DNA of 64,000 bases from a virus (Duplodnaviria > Caudoviricetes), in IMG/VR virus record IMGVR_UViG_3300043427_002668, one strand, 5' to 3'. Shown here piece by piece: positions 1 through 9,589 of the stretch (positions are counted from its first letter, which is position 1; each line of letters starts with the position of its first letter). The position numbers were made by a program, and so were the translations under genes. The notes below the pieces were generated by a model that worked only from the letters and a program-made list of their open reading frames with translations, had not been told where the DNA came from and ran no database searches.

Positions 1-855
1 GAAGAGGCAATTGAGTATGCTTTAACTGAAGCAACTGTAACCTACGGTCATGATACTCCAACTGGAGAGAAGAAGAGAAAAAATCTTGTGGGAGCAGTAG
101 CAAGACTTGCAAGACAAAAACTTTCTAGTAAAGTTCGTGGTGCTAAGAAAGCAGCAAAACAAGCAGTAGCAACTGGTGCAAGAAAAGTTGCTAAGGGTGC
201 ATTGGGTGTTGCACGTAAGATGGAAGGCGGAGACAAAAAACCACATACTGCAGCAAGAAAACCATCAACCTATCGTGGTGCTGGTGCAGGTCAGAAGGAA
301 AAAGTAAGCAGTGGATCTTATACTCCACCATCTAAAAAGAAAGCAGAAAAATCACCAGATCCCTGGGCTGGAAGTGAGACAACTCCACCAAAAGCAAAAG
401 CAAAAACTAAAAAAGCAGCAGCACCAAAGGCAAAGGCAACTACTGCACCAAAAAGAAAGAGAAAGTCAAAGTTAGATGATTTGCTTGCATCTGTAAGAAG
501 TGAAAGCGTTCAGATTGATGAAAAGGTCTTAAGTACTGCTGAAACAAAAGAAAAGGAAAGAATTGTAAAGTCGATGAAGTCAAAAGCACCAGACTTTGAA
601 AAGAGATATCCTGGTCGTGGTAAAGAAGTGATGTATGCTACTGCTACTAAAATGGCTAAAAGAATGGCAGAGCAGGCAATGGAAATTCAACCAAAAACGC
701 AGGCTCAACCTCAACAGTCTCAACAAGCAAATCAGGACGCAAAGGCAAAAGCAGCAGCACAAAGAGCAAAATCAGCAGCAGTAACTCTTAAGACGAAGGA
801 ACTACAAACCCTTAGACAAACTCCAGCTGGAACTTCAGTATCTAGTTTTGGGTGA
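1..855 (+). CDS. 5'-truncated Lys/Ala-rich basic protein of unknown function
   Basis: Frame 1 is open from base 1 (EEAIEYALTEATVTYGHD...) into the 88..855 ORF, so the start lies upstream of the window. Low-complexity KAKA tract. Confidence 0.75.
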   Translation, partial: EEAIEYALTEATVTYGHDTPTGEKKRKNLVGAVARLARQKLSSKVRGAKKAAKQAVATGARKVAKGALGVARKMEGGDKKPHTAARKPSTYRGAGAGQKEKVSSGSYTPPSKKKAEKSPDPWAGSETTPPKAKAKTKKAAAPKAKATTAPKRKRKSKLDDLLASVRSESVQIDEKVLSTAETKEKERIVKSMKSKAPDFEKRYPGRGKEVMYATATKMAKRMAEQAMEIQPKTQAQPQQSQQANQDAKAKAAAQRAKSAAVTLKTKELQTLRQTPAGTSVSSFG

Positions 856-898
856 AAAAATCCTAAATAGTTTTAGGTTATACTTATAGGAGGTCATT

Positions 899-1084
899 AT
901 GTCAATTGGAGCACTACTTGCTTTTTATAAAGCAAATGAAGCAGCAATTTTAACGATTCTACTTATTATTTCTGAGTTTCTTGGCGCGAATCCAAAAGTC
1001 AAAGCAAACGGAATCCTTTCATTTATTTTGCAACAAGTTCGCAAAAAGGCGGAAGATGGTGGTGCAGTTGATCCAACTCCTTGA
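899..1084 (+). CDS. small membrane protein (possibly holin-like)
   Basis: 61 aa, AGGAGG SD upstream, hydrophobic segments. Confidence 0.65.
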   Translation: MSIGALLAFYKANEAAILTILLIISEFLGANPKVKANGILSFILQQVRKKAEDGGAVDPTP

Positions 1085-1105
1085 TATTTCTTTATAAACT
1101 CTTAA

Positions 1106-1136
1106 AGAGACCTCATTTTTGGGGTCTCTATTTTTT
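1106..1136 (+). terminator. intrinsic terminator
   Basis: AGAGACCTC/GGGGTCTCT stem followed by a T-run. Confidence 0.7.
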
Positions 1137-1143
1137 ATAAATA
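1136..1143 (+). promoter_or_regulatory. T4-type late promoter TATAAATA
   Basis: Exact T4 gp55 consensus upstream of the 1177 gene. Confidence 0.7.
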
Positions 1144-1176
1144 TTTCTACGAATAAATTTAGAAAAGGTAAAAAGA

Positions 1177-1941
1177 ATGGCACTCTGGGGAAACAATGAC
1201 AATGTTGGTTCTGGTGGTACAGTATCATTAAATTATAGTACTCTTGAGGTCACTGGAACCGGAACTACTTTCGGAAGAGTTGGTGCGGCTGCAACTGGAG
1301 ATGTGATTAGATTTGGTATTCGTGGTGGCGGTGGCACCTACTTCGGAGATGCTGTGATCGTTGGTATTACAAGTGATACATTATTAACTATTGGATCTAC
1401 TGCAGGACTAAGTGGAGCAGCAATTGCAGGAACATCTTTCTATATTAGCGAACTTCCTAGTTACACAGTTCTAGACAGTACCTTTAGTAATGCTAATGAT
1501 GCTGCCCCATCATTAGCAACTTTAGCTATTACGGGAACAGCAACTACAAATGCTAATATTGGAACTTCAGTTATTCCTGTTGTTCCTCCATCTGGTTTGA
1601 TTGCTGGCGATTTACTTTTAAATAACTCAAGCAACATTCGCATTTCTGTTGTTGGAGTTACCAGCATTACTCTTGCATCTACAATTTCTGCTGGAATTGC
1701 GACGGGAGATACTCTGACATTTAAGAGATATACTGATGGATATGACCGTCAAGTTTATGGAATTTCTACAACAACTGATTATGTTGCAGTTGGATACAGT
1801 GGGTACGCTCACGCTGGATGGGTTGGAGTAACAACCTACATTGACTGCCAAGGAAACTTCAGAGTTAAGACTGAAACTTTAGTTGCAATGTCTGGAATTA
1901 CAACTGGATCTGACGGAATTCTTTATCCAACTCCTGTCTGA
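1177..1941 (+). CDS. putative virion structural protein (Gly/Thr-rich)
   Basis: 254 aa MALWGNND... type seen in cyanomyoviruses; late promoter upstream. Confidence 0.6.
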   Translation: MALWGNNDNVGSGGTVSLNYSTLEVTGTGTTFGRVGAAATGDVIRFGIRGGGGTYFGDAVIVGITSDTLLTIGSTAGLSGAAIAGTSFYISELPSYTVLDSTFSNANDAAPSLATLAITGTATTNANIGTSVIPVVPPSGLIAGDLLLNNSSNIRISVVGVTSITLASTISAGIATGDTLTFKRYTDGYDRQVYGISTTTDYVAVGYSGYAHAGWVGVTTYIDCQGNFRVKTETLVAMSGITTGSDGILYPTPV

Positions 1942-1947
1942 TAATAT

Positions 1948-2340
1948 ATGATTTTTAATGAATTGAATGAGAGTAATTTTCTCTTATTTGCTATTAAACA
2001 TTATGAGAACCCACAAGCGGTTACAAAAGAAGACTTTGAAAAAGATTTAAATCATTTTAAATATATCAAAAGGTTGCTGAAGAGATACAAAAAATCAGGT
2101 GAGCTCAAAACTCACCTGATTTTAAATCATTTTATTGTCCTTTATAATATCTTTGGTGAAGCAGCAACTCCAATGTTGTTTTTTAAAATAGAAAAAGATC
2201 TTTGGTCTTCTATGAAAAGTTTTATAATATTCTTGAATAAACTTCCAGAGTATCCCAAGTGTTATATTCATAACATCCAAGTTGATTTATATTGCTTAGA
2301 ACAATTATATAAGATCTACAATGGAAAAGAAGAAGCTTGA
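1948..2340 (+). CDS. conserved T4-like cyanophage hypothetical protein
   Basis: 130 aa ORF, ELNESNFLLFAIKHYENP motif. Confidence 0.75.
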   Translation: MIFNELNESNFLLFAIKHYENPQAVTKEDFEKDLNHFKYIKRLLKRYKKSGELKTHLILNHFIVLYNIFGEAATPMLFFKIEKDLWSSMKSFIIFLNKLPEYPKCYIHNIQVDLYCLEQLYKIYNGKEEA

Positions 2341-2533
2341 TTGGATTGTTTCAATTATAAGAGAGCAAATGGTTGCAAATGCTCCAGGTGCTTCTGGTGG
2401 ATTTTCTGGTTCTGCGGATCCAAAGGGACCTGTTGCTGGATTTGATCCTTTGATGGGAAAAAAGAAGAAGGATGGAACAGTAGATTTTAGAAGAATCAAA
2501 CCAAATTATAGAAGATGGGTAAAGGATAAATAA
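2321..2533 (+). CDS. hypothetical protein
   Basis: 70 aa ORF overlapping the previous stop; operon-like packing. Confidence 0.6.
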   Translation: MEKKKLDWIVSIIREQMVANAPGASGGFSGSADPKGPVAGFDPLMGKKKKDGTVDFRRIKPNYRRWVKDK

Positions 2534-2596
2534 TTTCAATACTACTTGAGGTTTTTGTTTCATAGAGGTAGTAGGAGAAATAATCACCTCAAAAAA

Positions 2597-3007
2597 ATGT
2601 TTAATCAAAATACATCTGCTGACACTAAAATTGCAGTATTGGAAGAGCGCCTTTCCGCTTATGAAACTATGATTAATAAGATTGATGAAGCAATACAGAT
2701 AATGGGAAAGGCAAGTCAAAATATTAATAAGATGCTCGCCGTTCATGAAGAAAGAATAGAGCAGTGTCACAAAACAGATGATTATATTGGTAGAGTTATT
2801 GAAGAATTAAGAGTTGAAAATAAAGATCAGCACGAAGAAGTATCAAAAAGAATAGAAAAGGTAGAAAATAAATTAGAAGAATTTGTAAAATATCGTTGGA
2901 TAATAGTTGGGGTTTTTGCGGTTGTTTCTTTTGCATTTTCACAATCTCATATGGTTGTTGATTTTTTAACTCCAGACACACCTCAAGTACAGATACGACA
3001 AAAATAA
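2597..3007 (+). CDS. coiled-coil protein with C-terminal transmembrane helix
   Basis: ATG 2597 preferred over the ORF-track start; heptad-rich body followed by YRWIIVGVFAVVSFAF. Confidence 0.7.
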   Translation: MFNQNTSADTKIAVLEERLSAYETMINKIDEAIQIMGKASQNINKMLAVHEERIEQCHKTDDYIGRVIEELRVENKDQHEEVSKRIEKVENKLEEFVKYRWIIVGVFAVVSFAFSQSHMVVDFLTPDTPQVQIRQK

Positions 3008-3033
3008 ATAGTTGAGTGTTGGCGTTAGAGCCA

Positions 3034-3141
3034 ATGAAAACTCAAAAGAAAGTTACTCTCTACACCCTACAAAAAACAACAAATTCTGTTGTGAAGTGGA
3101 CTGGAATCATCACTTCACTTTGCCTTGACAAGTCCAAATAA
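3034..3141 (+). CDS. 35 aa hypothetical peptide
   Basis: MKTQKKVTLYTLQKTTNSVVKWTGIITSLCLDKSK read manually. Confidence 0.4.
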   Translation: MKTQKKVTLYTLQKTTNSVVKWTGIITSLCLDKSK

Positions 3142-3152
3142 ACTGGTAGAAT
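3125..3152 (+). promoter_or_regulatory. sigma70-type early promoter for primase
   Basis: TTGACA-16 nt-TAGAAT with TG extended -10. Confidence 0.65.
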
Positions 3153-3176
3153 ACATCAACTGGATACTGTTTGATT

Positions 3177-4145
3177 ATGGACTTTGTTGATGTAAAGTAC
3201 ATCAATTTGATTTCTGCGCGATTTCAAAAGTTTAAGAAAGTAAAGCACAATCTCTACAACTTTCGCTGCCCTATTTGTGGAGACTCGCAGAAGAATAAGA
3301 ATAAAGCACGGGGATATTTGTATCAAGTCAAAAGTAATACAAACTTTAAGTGTCATAATTGCGGACTTAATATTTCCTTTAATAATTTTCTCAAACAATT
3401 AGATCCAGTAATTTACAAACAATATACATTCGAAAAATTTAAAGATGGAAATACTGGTAAAAACTTTATTGTAGATGAACCGAAATTTAATTTCGAAGCA
3501 CCGAAGTTTAAACCTAAGTTAGATTTACCGAAAGCATCTGAGAATTCCATAGCAAAATCTTACTTAGAAAAGAGAAAATTAAATCCGGATAAATTTTATT
3601 ATACCGACAAATTTAAGGAGTGGACTAATTCTCTCCAACAAACATTCGACAGCACAGAAAGAGATGAACCAAGGATTATTATTCCTTTGTTCTATCAAAA
3701 TACTCTAGTCGGATTTCAAGGAAGAGCACTTGGTCCAAATAAGATTAAATATATCACCGTGATGTTAAATGATGATGCCCCAAAAATCTATGGTCTCGAT
3801 GAAATACAAAAAACTGAAACTGTCTACATCACCGAAGGTCCATTTGACTCAACATTCATTCGCAACGCGATTGCTTTATGTGGAGCTGATGGTGATGTTA
3901 GTAAGTGGGGTATTGACAGGTGTGTTTGGATTTACGATAACGAACCACGTAATGCAGAAATCCATTCAAGAATCTCCCGCGTTATTGACAGAGGAGAAAG
4001 GGTCGTTGTCTGGCCTTCATCAATAAAAGAGAAAGACATTAATGAGATGGTACTATCTGGACTGGACGTTCAGTCTGTGATAGAATTAAATACTTATTCT
4101 GGATTAGAAGCAAAACTAAAATTTACTACTTGGAAGAAAATATGA
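3177..4145 (+). CDS. gp61: DNA primase (T4 gp61 family)
   Basis: Zn ribbon CPICGDS...CHNC; TOPRIM motifs ITEGPFDS and YDNEPRN. Confidence 0.95.
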   Translation: MDFVDVKYINLISARFQKFKKVKHNLYNFRCPICGDSQKNKNKARGYLYQVKSNTNFKCHNCGLNISFNNFLKQLDPVIYKQYTFEKFKDGNTGKNFIVDEPKFNFEAPKFKPKLDLPKASENSIAKSYLEKRKLNPDKFYYTDKFKEWTNSLQQTFDSTERDEPRIIIPLFYQNTLVGFQGRALGPNKIKYITVMLNDDAPKIYGLDEIQKTETVYITEGPFDSTFIRNAIALCGADGDVSKWGIDRCVWIYDNEPRNAEIHSRISRVIDRGERVVVWPSSIKEKDINEMVLSGLDVQSVIELNTYSGLEAKLKFTTWKKI

Positions 4146-6442
4146 GCAACGGAACCAAAGTTAAAAAGCGTGATGGTCGAATTGAATCTCTTGACCTAGA
4201 TAAAATGCATTTGATGGTTGAAGAGGCGTGTAAGGGTCTTGCTGGAGTCTCTGCTAGTCAAGTTGAAATGACTTCTGGTATTCAGTTTTATGATGGAATT
4301 ACAACAGCAGAAATTCAGGAAATTTTGATTCGTTCTGCTTCTGACCTTATTGATTTGGATCATCCAAATTATCAGTATGTTGCTGCTCGTCTGCTTTTAT
4401 TTGCAGTCCGAAAGCAATTGTATGGAAGAATGAAAGAAATTCCAACACTAGAGCAACACATCTATACTTGTGTAAATGCTCAAGTGTATGATGATGATAT
4501 TTTTAACAAATACTCTAGAGAAGAAATTGAACGTGCCGATTCATATATCGATCATAGTCGTGATTATCTCTTCACTTATGCAGGTCTTCGCCAAGTAGTT
4601 GATAAGTACTTGGTTCAAGATCGTAGTGGTGGTGGAGTATATGAAACTCCTCAGTTCATGTATATGATGATTGCTCTGACTATTTTTGCAGAGTATCCAA
4701 AAGAAACCCGTATGTCATATGTTAAGAGGTACTATGACGCAATCTCAAAGCACAAAATCAACATTCCCACACCTATCATGGCGGGGGTTAGAACTCCACT
4801 TCGACAGTTTGCTAGCTGTGTTCTTGTTGATGTTGATGACACCCTCGATTCTATCTTTAGCTCTGATATGGCAATTGGTAGGTATGTTGCACAGAGGGCG
4901 GGCATCGGTATCAACGCAGGCCGCATCCGTGGCATCAACAGTAAAATCAGAGGTGGAGAAGTTCAGCACACAGGTGTTGTTCCATTCCTCAAAAAGTTTG
5001 AGGCAACTGTCCGATGCTGCACTCAAAATGGCATCCGTGGTGGATCAGCAACTGTCCACTTCCCAATCTGGCACCAAGAAATCGAAGACATCCTAGTGCT
5101 GAAAAACAATAAAGGTACGGAGGATAATCGTGTTCGCAAACTTGACTACAGCATTCAAATCAGCAAACTCTTCTATGAGAGGTTCATTCAGGATGGTGAG
5201 ATCACGCTTTTCTCCCCACATGATGTACCTGGACTATATGATCGTTTCGGATTCTCTGATTTTGATGATCTCTACGTTTCGTATGAAAAAGATCCGTCCA
5301 TTAAGAAAAAGACTATTAAAGCGCAAGAACTCATTCTTAACCTCCTTAAGGAACGTGCGGAAACGGGTCGTGTCTACATTATGAATATCGATCACTGCAA
5401 TTCACACTCTTCTTTCAAGGATAAAGTAAATATGAGTAATCTCTGTCAGGAGATCACTCTTCCAACAGATCCTATTCAGCATATTGATGATAATATGGGT
5501 GAGATCGCTCTCTGTATTCTCTCCGCTATTAACGTTGGCAAAGTAAAGTCTGATGAGGAACTTGAAGAACTCTGTGATCTTTCTGTTCGTGGATTGGATG
5601 AGTTGATTGACTATCAAAAATACCCCGTAGCAGCGGCAGAAATCGCCACTAAGGCACGTCGTTCTCTTGGTGTTGGGTTTATTGGATTGGCACATTATCT
5701 TGCTAAACTTGGATTTAATTATGATTCTCAAGAAGCATGGGATGCAGTTCATGGACTTTCTGAGTCTTTCCAGTACTACCTTCTGAAAGCATCCAATCAA
5801 CTTGCTAAAGAAAAAGGTCATTGTGAATACTTTGGACGTACTAAGTATGCTGATGGTATTCTTCCAATTGATACCTATAAAAAAGATGTAGACGAAATCA
5901 CTTCCATTGATTATGAACACGATTGGAAATCTCTTAGGTCATCGATCCTGGAGCACGGTCTCAGGCACTCAACACTGTCCGCACAGATGCCATCGGAGAG
6001 CAGTTCCGTTGTGTCAAACGCAACTAATGGAATCGAACCACCTAGAGATTACCTGTCCGTTAAAAAGTCCAAAAAAGGACCTCTCAAGCAGATTGTTCCA
6101 CAGTATCAAACCCTTAAGAACAATTATACGCTTCTGTGGGATATGCCTAGCAACCGTGGGTATATTAATATTGTTGCAGTTATGCAAAAATTCTTCGATC
6201 AAGCGATTTCTGGAAACTGGTCGTATAATCCAGAAAATTATGCCAACAATGAAGTTCCTACTTCAGTAATGGCAAATGATTTTCTGACTACATACAAGTA
6301 CGGATGGAAAACTTCTTATTATCAAAATACATATGATATTAAGACTGATGAAGTGGTAGAAGAGAAGAAGTCCGAATTGGAAAGTCTTCTTAATGAGTTA
6401 AGTTCAGTAGAGGAGGGAGAGTGTGAATCCTGCGCAGTTTGA
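4142..6442 (+). CDS. nrdA: ribonucleotide reductase class Ia alpha subunit
   Basis: N-terminal ATP cone (VKKRDG), QFASCVL, SNLCQEI, ALCILSAIN, C-terminal CESC; uninterrupted ORF. Confidence 0.97.
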   Translation: MSNGTKVKKRDGRIESLDLDKMHLMVEEACKGLAGVSASQVEMTSGIQFYDGITTAEIQEILIRSASDLIDLDHPNYQYVAARLLLFAVRKQLYGRMKEIPTLEQHIYTCVNAQVYDDDIFNKYSREEIERADSYIDHSRDYLFTYAGLRQVVDKYLVQDRSGGGVYETPQFMYMMIALTIFAEYPKETRMSYVKRYYDAISKHKINIPTPIMAGVRTPLRQFASCVLVDVDDTLDSIFSSDMAIGRYVAQRAGIGINAGRIRGINSKIRGGEVQHTGVVPFLKKFEATVRCCTQNGIRGGSATVHFPIWHQEIEDILVLKNNKGTEDNRVRKLDYSIQISKLFYERFIQDGEITLFSPHDVPGLYDRFGFSDFDDLYVSYEKDPSIKKKTIKAQELILNLLKERAETGRVYIMNIDHCNSHSSFKDKVNMSNLCQEITLPTDPIQHIDDNMGEIALCILSAINVGKVKSDEELEELCDLSVRGLDELIDYQKYPVAAAEIATKARRSLGVGFIGLAHYLAKLGFNYDSQEAWDAVHGLSESFQYYLLKASNQLAKEKGHCEYFGRTKYADGILPIDTYKKDVDEITSIDYEHDWKSLRSSILEHGLRHSTLSAQMPSESSSVVSNATNGIEPPRDYLSVKKSKKGPLKQIVPQYQTLKNNYTLLWDMPSNRGYINIVAVMQKFFDQAISGNWSYNPENYANNEVPTSVMANDFLTTYKYGWKTSYYQNTYDIKTDEVVEEKKSELESLLNELSSVEEGECESCAV

Positions 6443-7619
6443 TTTTAAAGTTTCTTCCACGGAAGACCAACAAACAAATATTAAAGGAATGACGGTATTT
6501 AATACTGAAAAGGTTGATACCAAAAAACAACCAATGTTTTTTGGCAAACCTCTTGGAATTCAAAGATATGATTCATACAAATACCCTATCTTTGATAAAT
6601 TAACAACTCAACAACTTGGATACTTTTGGAGACCCGAAGAGGTTTCTCTCCAGAAGGATCGTGGAGATTATCAGACTTTACGACCAGAACAAAAGCATAT
6701 CTATACTTCCAATTTGAAGTATCAGATTATGCTTGATTCCGTTCAAGGTCGTGGTCCTGGTATGGCATTTATTCCTTACTGTTCTCTTCCTGAACTGGAA
6801 GCCTGTATGGAAGTGTGGGGATTTATGGAAATGATCCATTCACGATCCTATACCTACATCATCAAGAATGTTTATTCCGACCCTTCTGAGGTCTTTGATA
6901 CCATCATCGGTGACGAGCGCATTCTAGAGCGTGCTAGAAGCGTTACAGAGTCATATGACGACTTCATTCAATCAGCACAAACTTATGGGACATCCAGTGA
7001 TTGGATGTTTAGACTTGAGGGAGTACAAACCGCAAAAGAGACACTCACAGATGTTAAACGAAAACTGTATAGAGCAGTCGCAAACGTTAATATTCTTGAA
7101 GGCATTCGCTTCTACGTTAGTTTTGCTTGTAGTTTCGCCTTTGGTGAACTCAAGCTCATGGAAGGATCAGCAAAAATTATTTCTCTTATTGCAAGGGATG
7201 AAAATCAACACCTAGCACTTACTCAGAATATTCTGAATAAGTGGAGAGAAGGTGATGATCCTGAAATGAAACAAATTGCTAAAGAAGAGGAAGAATGGGT
7301 TTATAAAATGTTCGATCGTGCTGTAAATGAAGAAAAGAAGTGGGCTGATTATCTTTTTAAAGATGGCAGTATGATTGGACTCAATGATAAACTTCTTCAG
7401 CAATATGTTGAGTGGATTGCTAATCGTAGACTTAAAGCGATTGGTCTTAAACCCCAATATGATATTTCTGCAAATAACAACCCACTTCCTTGGACCCAGC
7501 ACTGGATTTCTTCCAAAGGTCTTCAGGTTGCTCCACAGGAAACTGAGGTAGAATCCTATGTAGTTGGAGGCATTAAGCAGGATGTTACCAAAAATACTTT
7601 CGCAGGATTCCAATTATGA
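6423..7619 (+). CDS. nrdB: ribonucleotide reductase class Ia beta subunit
   Basis: FWRPEEV, EMIHSRSYTY, LEGIRFYVSF, RDENQH di-iron motifs. Confidence 0.97.
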   Translation: MNPAQFDFKVSSTEDQQTNIKGMTVFNTEKVDTKKQPMFFGKPLGIQRYDSYKYPIFDKLTTQQLGYFWRPEEVSLQKDRGDYQTLRPEQKHIYTSNLKYQIMLDSVQGRGPGMAFIPYCSLPELEACMEVWGFMEMIHSRSYTYIIKNVYSDPSEVFDTIIGDERILERARSVTESYDDFIQSAQTYGTSSDWMFRLEGVQTAKETLTDVKRKLYRAVANVNILEGIRFYVSFACSFAFGELKLMEGSAKIISLIARDENQHLALTQNILNKWREGDDPEMKQIAKEEEEWVYKMFDRAVNEEKKWADYLFKDGSMIGLNDKLLQQYVEWIANRRLKAIGLKPQYDISANNNPLPWTQHWISSKGLQVAPQETEVESYVVGGIKQDVTKNTFAGFQL

Positions 7620-7731
7620 TGAATGGTGCGAGGAAGCAATTCTAAATGCCTATAAAGAGGCAGCAGAATGCGATGAGTTTATGTTTGGAGATTATGACTT
7701 TTGTAGGGAATGGTTAGGTGCAAATGAATAG
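7582..7731 (+). CDS. 49 aa acidic hypothetical protein overlapping the nrdB 3' end
   Basis: MLPKILSQDSNYDEWCEEAILNAYKEAAECDEFMFGDYDFCREWLGANE read manually. Confidence 0.5.
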   Translation: MLPKILSQDSNYDEWCEEAILNAYKEAAECDEFMFGDYDFCREWLGANE

Positions 7732-7735
7732 ATAT

Positions 7736-7758
7736 AGGAGGTTATACCTCCTTTTTTT
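7736..7758 (+). terminator. intrinsic terminator
   Basis: AGGAGG/CCTCCT stem plus T-run. Confidence 0.6.
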
Positions 7759-7920
7759 ATGTCTAAGAATCAACTTACAAAAGATGAGTTAAAAGTTCGC
7801 GTTTTAAAACTAAAAAATAATTTGTATAATGAACATATTAGGCATGATATGGATATGAAAGGACTCGCTCATAAATATCTGAACGAAGTTCTTGATATTA
7901 TTGATGAGTACAGATATTGA
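7759..7920 (+). CDS. 53 aa hypothetical protein
   Basis: MSKNQLTKDELKVRVLKLKNNLYNEH... read manually. Confidence 0.55.
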   Translation: MSKNQLTKDELKVRVLKLKNNLYNEHIRHDMDMKGLAHKYLNEVLDIIDEYRY

Positions 7921-8347
7921 CTATGAAAACCCTTGGACCTATAATGGAAAGGTTTTTGAGTCTAGTGATATTCAAGATCATTTTGGTTTTGTTTATCATA
8001 TTCAAAACAATCTCAATGGTAGGGAATATATTGGTAGAAAATATTTTTGGAGTTTTAGAACTCCTAAGGGGAAAAAACGAAAAGTAAAATCCGAGTCCAA
8101 CTGGAAGGAGTATTATGGGTCTTGTCCGGAACTTAAAGAAGACATTGACAAATTTGGCAGAGAAAATTTTAGTCGAACTATCTTATCATTACATAAAACA
8201 AAGGGCAAAACAAACTTTGAGGAAACCAGACAGTTATTCGCCCATAACGTCCTTACCGAAGGACTTGACGACGGAACCCCAAGGTACTACAATAGCAACA
8301 TCCTCAACAGGTACTTCCGAAAAGATTATTATGAACGCAACGACTGA
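7904..8347 (+). CDS. GIY-YIG family endonuclease (Seg-like, free-standing)
   Basis: GFVYHI...YIGRK, conserved YYGS, FSRTIL, catalytic-type EE and YYNSNI. Confidence 0.8.
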   Translation: MSTDIDYENPWTYNGKVFESSDIQDHFGFVYHIQNNLNGREYIGRKYFWSFRTPKGKKRKVKSESNWKEYYGSCPELKEDIDKFGRENFSRTILSLHKTKGKTNFEETRQLFAHNVLTEGLDDGTPRYYNSNILNRYFRKDYYERND

Positions 8348-8504
8348 AGATATTGTTGCTCATGTGCGAGGGTGGTCTCTTGACCGTGCTGCGGATATGA
8401 GTATTGAAAAGGAAGATGCCCGTGCAATTCTTGCTGAGTTCTATGAGTGGATTGAACCAGAAGGAGATGAACTTGAAATTGTTTCCTTAGAACCAGAAGA
8501 TTGA
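8331..8504 (+). CDS. 57 aa acidic hypothetical protein
   Basis: MNATTEDIVAHVRGWSLDRAA...; ATG 8331 overlaps the previous stop region. Confidence 0.6.
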   Translation: MNATTEDIVAHVRGWSLDRAADMSIEKEDARAILAEFYEWIEPEGDELEIVSLEPED

Positions 8505-8529
8505 CAAACTCTAAATAAAAACTTATAAT
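8501..8529 (+). promoter_or_regulatory. sigma70 promoter (perfect consensus)
   Basis: TTGACA-17 nt-TATAAT. Confidence 0.8.
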
Positions 8530-8584
8530 GCTAAAATCCCTGTTATGAGCAGGGTTTTTTATTATGAGACTTTGATACTTGATT

Positions 8585-8651
8585 TAGAGCCGTGGAGACT
8601 GCCCCTTGAGAAAGGGGATGTGCGCTTTCTCTATACGGATGTAGAGTTCTA
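8585..8651 (+). ncRNA. candidate structured 5' leader RNA of the lysozyme gene
   Basis: CCCCTT-GAGA-AAGGGG and CTCTATA-CGGA-TGTAGAG hairpins closed by TAGAG/TTCTA, 9 nt before the ATG. Confidence 0.45.
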
Positions 8652-8660
8652 TTAATTTTA

Positions 8661-9284
8661 ATGCTTAACGTCTTTACTGTAGCCCTGCCCCTTCTGGCAT
8701 CGGTTACAACCATAACGGCAACACTGCCATCATCTGCAAGTGCTCCAAAATATTCTATTATTAAGGAGTTTGAACCAGAGAAGACAGCGATCCTAGAGGT
8801 TGCTCCCGAAAAGCCAAAAGAGAAAAGGCTAATTTGTAAAGGGTGTAATGAACATGAAAATGCTGCCCTGGCATATTTCCAGGACCGTGGTATTAAAGAC
8901 AGAAACGCCCTTGCTACCATCATGGGTAACATTCGTCAGGAATCAACTTTTATTCCTAACATTTGTGAAGGTGGTAGCAGAACCAGTTGGAATAACTGCG
9001 GCCGCGGTTATGGACTGATTCAATGGACATCTGCCGATCGTTATTATGGATTGGGTGATTTTGCTAAAAGGTATGGTGGTTCTCCATCATCACTTGATAC
9101 GCAACTTCGTTATCTTACAACTGAAGTCCAATGGAGACGAATTGAAGAAAGGATGAAAACTCCTGGCAAGTCTATCAATCGTTATATGGACTATGCGTAT
9201 AGTTGGATTGGTTGGGGGCATCATGGTGCCCGCACTTCGTATGCTCATGATTATGCCAACCGACTGATTCAGGTAGAAGTTTGA
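8661..9284 (+). CDS. phage tail-type lysozyme (Phage_lysozyme2-like) with N-terminal signal/TM
   Basis: ATIMGNIRQES and GYGLIQWT motifs; hydrophobic N-terminus. Confidence 0.8.
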   Translation: MLNVFTVALPLLASVTTITATLPSSASAPKYSIIKEFEPEKTAILEVAPEKPKEKRLICKGCNEHENAALAYFQDRGIKDRNALATIMGNIRQESTFIPNICEGGSRTSWNNCGRGYGLIQWTSADRYYGLGDFAKRYGGSPSSLDTQLRYLTTEVQWRRIEERMKTPGKSINRYMDYAYSWIGWGHHGARTSYAHDYANRLIQVEV

Positions 9285-9288
9285 TTGT

Positions 9289-9313
9289 AAGGGGAGTATA
9301 CACTCCCCTTTTT
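9289..9313 (+). terminator. intrinsic terminator
   Basis: AAGGGGAGT/ACTCCCCTT stem plus T-run. Confidence 0.7.
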
Positions 9314-9356
9314 AGTGCATATATACTTAATCCTAATTATTTTTTTGAGGGGTATT

Positions 9357-9554
9357 ATGTCTGAAACTGCACAACAAATTGCTGATGCATTTGCGACTTG
9401 GCAATCTGAGGATGAAAAATTTGCGAATGGAAACAGTGCTGCTGGCACCAGAGCCCGTAAAGCACTTCAAGAACTGACTAAACTTGCAAAAGCACGTAGG
9501 TCAGAAATCTCAGAAGAGAAGACTGCCAGAAAAGAAGCAAAGGCATCTGCTTGA
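9357..9554 (+). CDS. Hc1/histone-H1-like small basic protein
   Basis: 65 aa from ATG 9357 (GAGG SD); GNSAAGTRARKA matches the GNKAAGTRARK signature as recalled for Hc1-like proteins. Confidence 0.6.
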   Translation: MSETAQQIADAFATWQSEDEKFANGNSAAGTRARKALQELTKLAKARRSEISEEKTARKEAKASA

Positions 9555-9589
9555 TAAAATAAATAGAGGGGAGTGTATGCTCTCCTCTT

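Noticed and set aside
4142-7619. Introns or inteins in nrdA/nrdB (common in T4-like phages)
   Set aside because: Both ORFs are continuous, of normal length, and show no intein or intron hallmarks.
8543-8932. 129-aa minus-strand ORF
   Set aside because: Antisense to the lysozyme gene and its leader; no recognisable motif or RBS.
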